The position numbers and the translations under genes are program-made. The notes beneath the pieces are model-generated. The model was not told the DNA's origin and ran no database searches. It worked only from the letters and a program-made list of their open reading frames with translations. A stretch of 64,000 bases of DNA, taken from positions 608,001 through 672,000 of the forward strand of contig OZ242186.1 in the NCBI GenBank assembly GCA_965205675.1, given 5' to 3'. Each line of letters starts with the position of its first letter. Position 1 is the stretch's first letter. This document shows positions 18,785 through 27,974 of this stretch, piece after piece. Source of the DNA: Nitrosopumilus sp. Lineage in GTDB: Archaea; Thermoproteota; Nitrososphaeria; Nitrososphaerales; Nitrosopumilaceae.

Positions 18785-20962
18785 TTGAAAGTAGCTCTAG
18801 TGTATAATAAAAAATCTCTTGATGAAAATGATGTAATCAATGTATTTGGAATGATTACAAAAGAATTCTATGGTACTAAAACTGTAGAAAAAGTTGCTAA
18901 AGCCTTAGAAAAAGGAGGTCACTCTGTAAAAATTATTGAGGGTGGAATGAACATTATTGAAAATATGAAAGATTTCATGCCGCGAGTAGTTTCAGGTGAT
19001 AAACCTGGAATTGTGTTCAACATGGCATATGGAATTCAGGGACAAAATCGTTACACTCACGTTCCTGCAATGCTTGAGATGCTTGGAATTCCATACACTG
19101 GTTCTGGTCCAGAAACACATGCAGTAGTACAAGACAAAGTTATGACTAAAATTGTATTGCAAAAAAATAATCTTCCTACTCCTGGTTTTTGGGTGTTTTC
19201 TACTCCTGATGATACTTTTGATGATTTGATATTTCCTGTAATTGTAAAACCCAAGATGGAATCTACTTCAATGGGGATGGAAGTAGTTGATAATTGGAAT
19301 GACTTGAGAAAAGCAGTTGCAAAACAAATAGAAAAATTCTCCCAAGAAATTTTAGTTGAACAATTCATTCCTGGAAGAGAGTTTGCAGTTGGATTGTTAG
19401 GAAATGGAAACAATATTGAAATTTTACCAATTGTGGAAATGGATCTAAATGGAGATCCTAATAGAATTCAAACAATTACTGATAAAAAAGAAACTCCTGT
19501 TGATAAGATATGCCCTGCACCTCTAACTAAAGAACACACCGAAGAAATTAAAAAAATTTCCCTTGCTTCATTTAAAAAGCTTGGATTAAATGATTATGCA
19601 CGTGTAGATTTCCGAATGAGTGAAGATGGATGTTTCTATGTTTTAGAATTAAATTCTATGGCAAGTTTGGGAGTTACTGGATCATATTTTGCTGCAGCCA
19701 AAACTGCTGGATACACCTATGACTCACTAATCAACAAAATGTTAGATGTTGCAGCTTTGAGATATTTTGGAGAATCTCACAAACATGATGAATCTCCTGA
19801 AAATATTGAATCTCAACCATTACGCTCTGTTGTAAGAAGTCATGTTAGGAGTCATGCTGTTTCAAATGAAACACTGCTTGAGAATTTTGTAAATGTAAAT
19901 TCCAGTGTGACAAATCTGGAGGATGTAAACAAATTAGGTACAATGATGAGCAAAAGACTCTCTCATCTTGGATTTACAGTCCGAGAACACCATGAATTTG
20001 ATGTTGGAAATATGCTATATTTTACTAACCATGATTCTGACGAAAATGATGTTTTGCTTTTAGGACATCTTGACACTTGGTACACTAATCAGGATTTTAC
20101 GCCTTTTTATAAAATTAGTAACAAACTCTATGGTTCAGGTGTAGCTGAAAGTAAAGGTGGACTGGTAACTATGCTTGCTGCACTAAAGGCTCTACGTTTT
20201 GCTAGAAAACTCAAGAAACTAAAATGTGGAATCTTGTTGATTACTGATGATAGTTTGGGTGGGCGTTTTAGTAAACAACTAGTACATGACACTGCAAAAA
20301 TTTCAAACAACATTATTGAACTAAAATGGGGATTAGAAAATGGTGGAATTGCAACATCATGTTCTGGTGTAACTCGATATCATATTGATTTGACTCATGT
20401 TCGACGTCCTGATGAAACAATTAAAGATGTAATCCCTGATATGTGCAAGAAAATAGTTTCTTGGAAAAAAGTTTCTGAAGATCATGAAGATGCTAGAATT
20501 ACAATTGCTGATTTTAAAGCTAAAACATCTTTTGGACGATCTCCTGAACACGGACAAATATCATTAGAATCTAGATATGCAAATCTTGCACAAGGACAAA
20601 GATTTGATTCGGAGTTGGGAAGAATTGCTAAAAAGAAAGATAAAACAAAATTAGATATTCATATTTCTAAATTAGCTACAAGAGATCCTGTAGAAACCTC
20701 TGAAAATATTTCAAACCTGTATGACTTAATTCAAAAAATTGCCAAAGAATCTGACATTAAAGTTATTTCTACACATAGATTTGCAACATCTAGTCTTTGT
20801 AATGTTTTACAAGATATTCCAATGGTGGGTTCTATGGGTCCTGTTGGAACAGACTATAGAACTCCTAATGAACATGTTCTCAAAGACAGTATGATTGATA
20901 GAAGCGTATTGTTGGCATTGGTGTTAAACAAACTTGCATCAAACGGAAAGACAAAAAAATGA
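18785..20962 (+). CDS. D-Ala-D-Ala ligase-like ATP-grasp fused to M20-like peptidase domain
   Basis: GIPYTGS, QDK, VKP..ESTSMG, VEQFIPGREF, RVDFR and ELN motifs, then GHLDT M20 fold; start probably TTG 18785. Confidence 0.88.
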   Translation: MKVALVYNKKSLDENDVINVFGMITKEFYGTKTVEKVAKALEKGGHSVKIIEGGMNIIENMKDFMPRVVSGDKPGIVFNMAYGIQGQNRYTHVPAMLEMLGIPYTGSGPETHAVVQDKVMTKIVLQKNNLPTPGFWVFSTPDDTFDDLIFPVIVKPKMESTSMGMEVVDNWNDLRKAVAKQIEKFSQEILVEQFIPGREFAVGLLGNGNNIEILPIVEMDLNGDPNRIQTITDKKETPVDKICPAPLTKEHTEEIKKISLASFKKLGLNDYARVDFRMSEDGCFYVLELNSMASLGVTGSYFAAAKTAGYTYDSLINKMLDVAALRYFGESHKHDESPENIESQPLRSVVRSHVRSHAVSNETLLENFVNVNSSVTNLEDVNKLGTMMSKRLSHLGFTVREHHEFDVGNMLYFTNHDSDENDVLLLGHLDTWYTNQDFTPFYKISNKLYGSGVAESKGGLVTMLAALKALRFARKLKKLKCGILLITDDSLGGRFSKQLVHDTAKISNNIIELKWGLENGGIATSCSGVTRYHIDLTHVRRPDETIKDVIPDMCKKIVSWKKVSEDHEDARITIADFKAKTSFGRSPEHGQISLESRYANLAQGQRFDSELGRIAKKKDKTKLDIHISKLATRDPVETSENISNLYDLIQKIAKESDIKVISTHRFATSSLCNVLQDIPMVGSMGPVGTDYRTPNEHVLKDSMIDRSVLLALVLNKLASNGKTKK

Positions 20963-22584
20963 ATATTGAAAAAATAGAAAATTCGTTTAAACCAACTAAA
21001 AACAAAAAATGCTCTGTTGCCAAAAGGGGAATGGTTTCCACTGCATTTCCTGACGCTACAAAGGCAGGACTTGATATGCTCAAAAAAGGAGGTAATGCAG
21101 TAGATGCTGCATGTGCATCAGCCCTAGCAATAGGCGTATGTGAACCACAAGCTTCAGGAATAGGTGGACAGTCTATGGCAATTATTCATGTAGGTGGAAA
21201 AACTTTGGCAGTAGATGGTTCTAGTAGAGCTCCATCACTGGCACATATTTCATTTTTTAAAAATAAACTTCTTAGTCGTCTTGGATACAAAGCAAGTACG
21301 GTTCCAAGTACTGTTGCAACTTTAGGATATCTAAATGAGAGATATGGCAGACTAGATTGGCCAACTATTGTAAAACCCTCTATTCGCATTGCAAAGCGTG
21401 GATATAGAATCACAAAACTACAACATGAATTGCAAGAAAAGCATCTTGAAAACTTTTTCAAAATTAAATCAAAATCTGGTGCAAAATATTTTCTAAAAGA
21501 TGGTGAAGTACCTTATGGAATTGGTGATCTCTTTGTCCAAGATGATCTAGCTAATACCCTTGAACAACTTGCAGCATATGGTTTTCGTTCATTCTATCAT
21601 GGATTAATTGCAAACTTGATTGATAAAGATATGAGACTTAACAAAGGATTTTTGCGAAAAGAAGATCTTGCATTCATTCCACTCCCAATAGAAAGAAAAG
21701 TGATCAGTAGAAAATATCGTGGCATTCATGTATGCACTGTACCTCCTCCTGCGGCTGGTCCAACAATGTTACTGGTATTGATGATGCTTAGTAATCTTCC
21801 ATCTAAATTTCTCACTAGAACCCCTAAATCTTATCATTTTGTGTCTGAAATTCATCGTAAGGCACTGTTGTACAGAGAACAACGACGGTTTAATCCAAGA
21901 ACATATCATCAAGTAAATGAAAAAACTCATCTTAGTAAAAATTTTGCAAAAACACTTACAAAGACTATTCGTGATAATGTTGATCCAGAATTACCATTAA
22001 GAGAATTAACTGAGACTGAAGATACAACCCATCTTTCTGTAATGGATGAAGAAGGAAATACCGTAGGCATTACACAATCAATTGAACTAGTTTACGGGTC
22101 AAAAGCGGCAGCTGATGGATTGGGATTTTTGTATAACAACTACATGTCTGCATTTGAATTTGAAAATCCTAATCACCCTTACTACTTACGCCCAAATGCC
22201 ATACCTTGGACATCCGTATGCCCATCCATTATATTTTACAATAATGAGCCCTGGATAGTCATGGGCACACCTGGTAGTGCACGAATATTTTCAACACTAA
22301 GTCATTTTATTTCTAGAATTATTGATCATGATAATTCAATTGACACGGCTATGGAGAAACCTCGAATTCATTGTGCAGTTGATGGAAAAATTAGTTTAGA
22401 AACAGATGATTCTGTTATTGAAATTATCAAACATCTAAAAAAGATGGGTTACAAAATGGATCTTAGAGAACGATATTCTTTCTTTTTGGGTGCAATTCAT
22501 GCAGTAATGAAGTGTCAGACAACTGGAGGATTTCAAGGCGTCGCAGAAATAAGACGTGATGGAACTGCCGAGGGATTGAATTGA
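20959..22584 (+). CDS. ggt: Gamma-glutamyltransferase family protein, no signal peptide
   Basis: GGNAVDAA, P..SGIGG, catalytic DTTHLSV, NNYM, GTPG and PRIH. Confidence 0.92.
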   Translation: MNIEKIENSFKPTKNKKCSVAKRGMVSTAFPDATKAGLDMLKKGGNAVDAACASALAIGVCEPQASGIGGQSMAIIHVGGKTLAVDGSSRAPSLAHISFFKNKLLSRLGYKASTVPSTVATLGYLNERYGRLDWPTIVKPSIRIAKRGYRITKLQHELQEKHLENFFKIKSKSGAKYFLKDGEVPYGIGDLFVQDDLANTLEQLAAYGFRSFYHGLIANLIDKDMRLNKGFLRKEDLAFIPLPIERKVISRKYRGIHVCTVPPPAAGPTMLLVLMMLSNLPSKFLTRTPKSYHFVSEIHRKALLYREQRRFNPRTYHQVNEKTHLSKNFAKTLTKTIRDNVDPELPLRELTETEDTTHLSVMDEEGNTVGITQSIELVYGSKAAADGLGFLYNNYMSAFEFENPNHPYYLRPNAIPWTSVCPSIIFYNNEPWIVMGTPGSARIFSTLSHFISRIIDHDNSIDTAMEKPRIHCAVDGKISLETDDSVIEIIKHLKKMGYKMDLRERYSFFLGAIHAVMKCQTTGGFQGVAEIRRDGTAEGLN

Positions 22585-23351
22585 CTAGATTACCGATATT
22601 ACTATCAATACCACATGGTGGAACAAGAAAACCTGCAGAACTTGAAGGTCATTTATCAATCACAAACAAGGACTTGTTTGATGATTCTGATCCTTTTGTA
22701 ATTGAATTATTTGATCTAGGTGATAAAGTTCAACGTGCACTTAAGACAGATATTGCAAGAGCATTTGTTGATCTTAATCGTTCCATAGATGATATGCCAC
22801 CAAATAATCCTGACGGGTTAATTAAAAGTAAAACTTGCTATGATAAACCAATTTATACAAATGGAAAAGAGCCTGATGATTCACTGAAAACAACGCTTAT
22901 TGAAATGTACTATCATCCTTACCATCAAGCAATTCAAAAAAGTATTAATGAACTAGGTATAAAATTATGTATTGATTGCCATTCTATGGCTTCAATGTCT
23001 CCGTATTTCTCTAGAGCTAAAAGTAAATCTGCAAGACCGATGTTTTGCATATCTAACAATGATGGACAAGCAGCTTCACAGGAAATGATGGAACTTTTAG
23101 CTAATTCTATATCTAAAGCGTATTCTATTGACAGGCAAGAGATTTTTTTAAATGATCCATTCCATGGTGGTCATATCACTAGAACATATGGTAACAAGCC
23201 TATTCCTTGGATTCAGATTGAGATGAATCGTAGTATGTACCTGTCCAAACCTTGGTTTGATGAGGATGCCCTCTCAGTAGACATTGCTCATCTTCAAAAA
23301 TTAAACAAACAATTTGAAAATTCTCTTGAATCATTTTGTTCAAAAATTTAA
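22581..23351 (+). CDS. N-formylglutamate amidohydrolase family protein
   Basis: SIPHGG, R..VDLNR, YYHPYH, DCHSM, N.PF.GG.IT and QIEMNR. Confidence 0.9.
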   Translation: MTRLPILLSIPHGGTRKPAELEGHLSITNKDLFDDSDPFVIELFDLGDKVQRALKTDIARAFVDLNRSIDDMPPNNPDGLIKSKTCYDKPIYTNGKEPDDSLKTTLIEMYYHPYHQAIQKSINELGIKLCIDCHSMASMSPYFSRAKSKSARPMFCISNNDGQAASQEMMELLANSISKAYSIDRQEIFLNDPFHGGHITRTYGNKPIPWIQIEMNRSMYLSKPWFDEDALSVDIAHLQKLNKQFENSLESFCSKI

Positions 23352-23447
23352 TTTTTAATTCAAGAAAATTACCATAAAATAAATTGAATTGTACTGAATA
23401 ATTTCTTATGTTCTGAGTATTTAATTTCATAAATTTGGCTAATCTTT

Positions 23448-23698
23448 ATGGCAGCAAAAAAATATGCTACAAGAAAAGCCTCTAGAAAAACTACTGTAAA
23501 AGCCAAGAAAACTGTAAGAAGATCAAAACTGCAAATAAGGCAAAACGTAGAGCAATTCTAGTTGCAAACAATAGAAAAAGCGATCTTCTAAAAGATACTA
23601 ACAAGATCAAAAGCTTGAAAAAAACACTAAGGCCTGCAGAAATATATGCTAACAAAAAGAAAACAGTTTATCAAAAAGCTGTGAAAAGAGCACCATAA
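23448..23698 (+). pseudogene. Frameshifted Lys/Arg/Ala-rich histone-H1-like small protein
   Basis: MAAKKYATRKASRKTTVKAKKTVRR continues as basic peptide in two other frames to TAA 23698. Confidence 0.55.
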
Positions 23699-23730
23699 AC
23701 TCAATAATTGAGTTTAATTTTATTTTCTCT
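23697..23730 (+). terminator. Hairpin plus T-rich tract
   Basis: AAACTCAA-TAA-TTGAGTTT (23697-23715) followed by AATTTTATTTTCT. Confidence 0.4.
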
Positions 23731-24000
23731 CTCTCAGATGATTATCCTCATTGATTGTATCTACTTTCTATTTGATCATATACAGATAGATGCAGCTTGC
23801 AACTGCACTGTTTTTGTTGAAAAATTAGAATATTCATTTGAGATCACAATATAGTATTTTCCTTTATGTAATGTTACATCAAAATTCTCTGATTCAACCT
23901 TGCTCTAATCTAAATTTCAGTATCATTATAACCAGTTTCCTTTTCACAGTGGGAGCATTGTTAAGATTGCCGACAAAACAAAAAATAAAATCCAAATGTC

Positions 24001-25350
24001 TTATGATGGTATTTGTGAATCTTTGAAAAAATCTTTGATTGTGGGCGAACTTGATTTAATGCCCACTTTTGTGAGTGATTTATTTTTAATTAGACCAATG
24101 AATGTCAGATCACGCTTGAACAACAAATCTGCCATCCAACTAGTTGCAACCTGAAATTTCTTTTCAAACATTGGTAATCTGGACAAGTAATATGTTCTCC
24201 AAATCAACCATGCGGTAGGACCAGTAACATGCAAACCAAACATTACTGCAATGGCTATTTTTCTACCTAGTGTGGTCATCATTCCCTTGCTCTTAAAAGA
24301 GAATTTTTGCAGTTTAGTTTCACCCGTAATTGTAGAATACAAATTATTTGCAACTGTAATACTTTGATGAATTGAGTTTTGAGCAGTTGCAGGATACGCC
24401 TCTCCAGTCAGAGGATTTTTAATTAATGCACAATCCCCCAAGGCAAAAACATCCTCATGTTCAAGAACTCTCAAATATTTATCCACTTTGATTTTCCCAG
24501 ACTTGTGATGTTTACATTCTAATTCAGATATGACAGGATCAATATCTGTTCCTGCAGCCCAGATTAAGGTCATGCATGGAATTGTCTTACCGTTATCTAA
24601 TCGAACAAAATCTTCACCTGCATCCACCGCTTTGGTATTGACAAGTACGTTTACCCCAACTTTGCTCAAGTAATTTCCTGCCATCTTGCCAAGCTTTGGT
24701 CCAAGCTCAGGCAAAATGAATTCTTTAGATGCAACTAAATTCATACAAATATTTTCTTCTTCTATACTCGGATAGAAATTCTTGACGGAATCTCGGACAA
24801 GTTGATTTATTTCTCCCATCGTCTCCACACCTGCAAAACCTCCTCCCACAACAGTAAATGTCATCAATGCTTTTTTGAAATCCATATCTGAAGTTTGTGC
24901 AGCACTTTCAAGCATATTGATTATTTGGGAATTGATAGATACTGCATCCTCTACAGTTTTAATAACAAATGAGTGTTTTTCAATATTTTTGTTATCAAAA
25001 AAGTTAGTATTGCTTCCAAGAGAAATTACTAAATAATCATAATCAAGTGCGTGTACTTTGCCATCAAAAGTTCTAGTAATGGTGACTAGTTTTTGCTCTA
25101 AATCTATGGAGGATATTGCCGCATGATAAAACTCTGCCTGCTTACACATTTTACGTATTGGAACTGTAATATCATTTGGATGAATCAATCCTGAAGAAAC
25201 TTGTGGTAACATGGGTGTGTAAAGAAAGTAATTGTCCTGACTTACAAGACTAATTCTGATATCTGAGTTGTTCTTGAATTTGTTTTGAATTAATTTGAGA
25301 ACATTTACACCTCCAAATCCGCCCCCCAGTATGAGAATTTTTGTTGTCAT
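24001..25350 (-). CDS. Type II NADH dehydrogenase-like FAD oxidoreductase
   Basis: GGGFGG, VVGGGFAGVE, WAAG, FALGD and PATAQ motifs. Confidence 0.88.
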   Translation of the reverse strand: MTTKILILGGGFGGVNVLKLIQNKFKNNSDIRISLVSQDNYFLYTPMLPQVSSGLIHPNDITVPIRKMCKQAEFYHAAISSIDLEQKLVTITRTFDGKVHALDYDYLVISLGSNTNFFDNKNIEKHSFVIKTVEDAVSINSQIINMLESAAQTSDMDFKKALMTFTVVGGGFAGVETMGEINQLVRDSVKNFYPSIEEENICMNLVASKEFILPELGPKLGKMAGNYLSKVGVNVLVNTKAVDAGEDFVRLDNGKTIPCMTLIWAAGTDIDPVISELECKHHKSGKIKVDKYLRVLEHEDVFALGDCALIKNPLTGEAYPATAQNSIHQSITVANNLYSTITGETKLQKFSFKSKGMMTTLGRKIAIAVMFGLHVTGPTAWLIWRTYYLSRLPMFEKKFQVATSWMADLLFKRDLTFIGLIKNKSLTKVGIKSSSPTIKDFFKDSQIPS

Positions 25351-25537
25351 TTGTAACTGATCTTGGTATTTCAAAATATTACAGTCTAGTATGTCAAATG
25401 GAATTGTTGCTTTAGTTCAATACTCGGACAAATAAAGTCATGAATGATTCAAAAATGAGGGCAGATGGTCTGGTCCCCTCTAGAGTAGGACCGGTAGCAT
25501 ACATACACTTTTCAGATAACTTGGGAGGCTTACCCTC

Positions 25538-25828
25538 ATGGTAAAGAGCAAATTCACATCAGCAGAAAAGTCAAGAGTGGTTTTAGAGTCACTAAACACA
25601 AACATTGCAACTGCAGAGTTGTGCAGAAAGTACAATATTCATCCACAGACATTCTACCAATGGAGGGAACGATTTGTAGAAGGTGGCAAGGCATCATTAA
25701 ATGGCACACCAAACGGAGATGTCTGCAAGAATCTGCAAAAGGAAAATGATTCCCTCAAAAAACTAATCGGCGAGATCACAATTGCCAATGACATTTTAAA
25801 AAAAACGTTGGAGAACCAGAAAAGATGA
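25538..25828 (+). CDS. IS3 OrfA (HTH)
   Basis: AELCRKYNIHPQTFYQW plus leucine zipper; A8 slippery run at 25798-25805. Confidence 0.9.
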   Translation: MVKSKFTSAEKSRVVLESLNTNIATAELCRKYNIHPQTFYQWRERFVEGGKASLNGTPNGDVCKNLQKENDSLKKLIGEITIANDILKKTLENQKR

Positions 25829-26646
25829 CTGCAGTGAATCAACTGAACAAACACATCAGTTTGAACAAGTCATTGTTATTAATTGGAGTCTCAAAATCCA
25901 AATGGTATTACTCAAAGTCACCAAGAAGGATTCAGACAGATCCTGCAGTAACTGATGTAGTTCAAAAGATTGGAAAACAAAGGCCAACTTATGGAACCAG
26001 ACGCATGGCATCCCAAGTCTCAAGGGAACTGAACAAGCCTGTAAACAGAAAACAAATCAGAAGAATATTTCACAAATTGGGCTGGATTGAGCCTAAAAAG
26101 ACCAAAAATGACATCATCAAATCTGCCAGAACATTATTCAAGCCTGATGCACCAAACCAGTTGTGGCAGACAGACATCACATATGTCTGGTGTGGGGTTG
26201 ACAGATGGTGCTACTGCTTTAACGTGATTGATGCATTTAGCAGGAAATGGATTTGGCATTCATTTGATGTGGCAGCTCCAAAGAGCACTGCAATTGACAG
26301 CATCATTAATGCAGTAGCTACTGCAAAGCCTGATTGCACAAAACTGATTCTCAGAACTGACAACGGTTCGCAATACAACAGCCGAGATTTCAGAAAAGCA
26401 GTTGTTCTACTTGGAATAAGACACGAATTCATCTGGCACCACACGCCAGAACAAAACGGACATGTCGAATCATTCCACAAGACACTCAAGAAGGAATACT
26501 TGTGGAGGTACGAGTTTGCAAACTATCAGGAAGCCGAAGTTGCTCTAGAGAAAGCACGAATCGATTACAATGGTTCCAGGATTCATTCAGCGTTAGGATA
26601 CCTTACTCCTGATGAATTCATGGAGTTATGGGAGATGAAAACATAA
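25825..26646 (+). CDS. IS3 OrfB DDE integrase core
   Basis: YGTRR, WQTDITY, TDNGSQY, NGHVESF and HSALGY; -1 frame relative to OrfA. Confidence 0.93.
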   Translation: MTAVNQLNKHISLNKSLLLIGVSKSKWYYSKSPRRIQTDPAVTDVVQKIGKQRPTYGTRRMASQVSRELNKPVNRKQIRRIFHKLGWIEPKKTKNDIIKSARTLFKPDAPNQLWQTDITYVWCGVDRWCYCFNVIDAFSRKWIWHSFDVAAPKSTAIDSIINAVATAKPDCTKLILRTDNGSQYNSRDFRKAVVLLGIRHEFIWHHTPEQNGHVESFHKTLKKEYLWRYEFANYQEAEVALEKARIDYNGSRIHSALGYLTPDEFMELWEMKT

Positions 26647-26830
26647 ATGAATCAGACTGTATGTAAGATTATGCAAAAAGTGGTACTAAAAACAGGGGTC
26701 CACTCCAGTATTTGAAAAGTTACAAAAAATATTAAATGATATCAGTTAACCGATCAAAAATGTAAAAATTAAGTCAGTGATCCCGAATAACACTTAAATT
26801 CACAATAACTCGGACTTTACGAGGGTTACA

Positions 26831-27970
26831 ATTACTACAAAGAAATCAAAATATGCAAACAAGTTTGGAAAACTGATTTTTGATGATGGTGCTGTCATTG
26901 ACGGTCAAGGTTTTGGTCATTCTACAACTGTTTTTGGTGAAATTGTTTTCAATACTGGAATGGTTGGTTATACTGAGGCCCTTACTGATCCATCATATAA
27001 TGGTCAGATTCTCACCCTGACCTATCCTCTTGTTGGGAATTATGGCATTCCAGATCCTTCTGTTAAAGATAATGACGGCATTCCAAAATTCTCTGAATCT
27101 GATAAAATACAAATTCGTGGTCTGGTGGTTCATGAATTATCTTTAACTGCTAGCCATTGGAATCTTTCAATGACTCTAGATGAGTGGATGAATAATGAAA
27201 AAGTTCCAGGAATTTCAGGAATTGACACTCGTGAATTGACAAAAAAACTTCGAACTAGTGGCGTGATGATGGCTGCCCTTGTTGTATCTGATTCGGAAAT
27301 TGATGTTGAATCTGTAAAAAAACAGCTATCTTCTGCAAAACATTATGATTCAGAACAGTTTATGGATGCTGTTTCCACAAAAGAAGAACAAGTTTATGGT
27401 AATGATGAAAAATCTGTTGTTGTAGTTGATACTGGTGCAAAAAATGCTATTCTTAGAAATATTCGTCAACTTGGTTACAAAGCAATTTTAGTTCCATGGA
27501 ATACTTCATATGAAAAAATAATGTCTTACAATCCTGATGGCGTTGTATTAAGTAGCGGTCCTGGTGATCCACAAAAATGTCCTGATACAATTGATACTGC
27601 TAAAAAATTAATTGAAAATAATGTACCTACATTAGGAATTTGTTTGGGTGCACAAATAATTGGTATTGCTGGAAATACTGAAACTTACAAATTAAAGTAT
27701 GGACATCGTGGACAAAATAAACCATGTATTAATTTAGAAAATAATCAAGTGTATGTCACTAGTCAAAATCATGGATATGGGATAACTCCCGAATCAATTG
27801 AAAAATCTGATTTCAAATTATGGTTTACTAATGCAGATGACAAAACAGTTGAAGGAATAAAACATAAAAAACAAAATTGTATTGCAGTACAGTTTCATCC
27901 TGAAGCTGCACCTGGCCCCTTTGATTGTAAATTTATCTTTGAAGAGCTAAAACAACTAATGGAGAAATAA
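26831..27970 (+). CDS. carA: Carbamoyl-phosphate synthase small subunit
   Basis: GEIVFNTGMVGY, GICLG, SQNHG and QFHPE; conserved N-terminus begins 43 codons before the first ATG, start inferred at ATT 26831. Confidence 0.93.
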   Translation: MTTKKSKYANKFGKLIFDDGAVIDGQGFGHSTTVFGEIVFNTGMVGYTEALTDPSYNGQILTLTYPLVGNYGIPDPSVKDNDGIPKFSESDKIQIRGLVVHELSLTASHWNLSMTLDEWMNNEKVPGISGIDTRELTKKLRTSGVMMAALVVSDSEIDVESVKKQLSSAKHYDSEQFMDAVSTKEEQVYGNDEKSVVVVDTGAKNAILRNIRQLGYKAILVPWNTSYEKIMSYNPDGVVLSSGPGDPQKCPDTIDTAKKLIENNVPTLGICLGAQIIGIAGNTETYKLKYGHRGQNKPCINLENNQVYVTSQNHGYGITPESIEKSDFKLWFTNADDKTVEGIKHKKQNCIAVQFHPEAAPGPFDCKFIFEELKQLMEK

Positions 27971-27974
27971 ATAA

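Larger units (their letters stand above)
25466..26707 (+). mobile_element. IS3 family element
   Basis: TG...CA termini; imperfect IRs TGGTCTGGTCCCCTCTAGAGTAGGACC and GGTACTAAAAACAGGGGTCCACTCCA. Confidence 0.9.

Noticed and set aside
18785-19770. True ddl implying peptidoglycan synthesis
   Set aside because: No mur genes; fusion and operon context indicate another amide ligase
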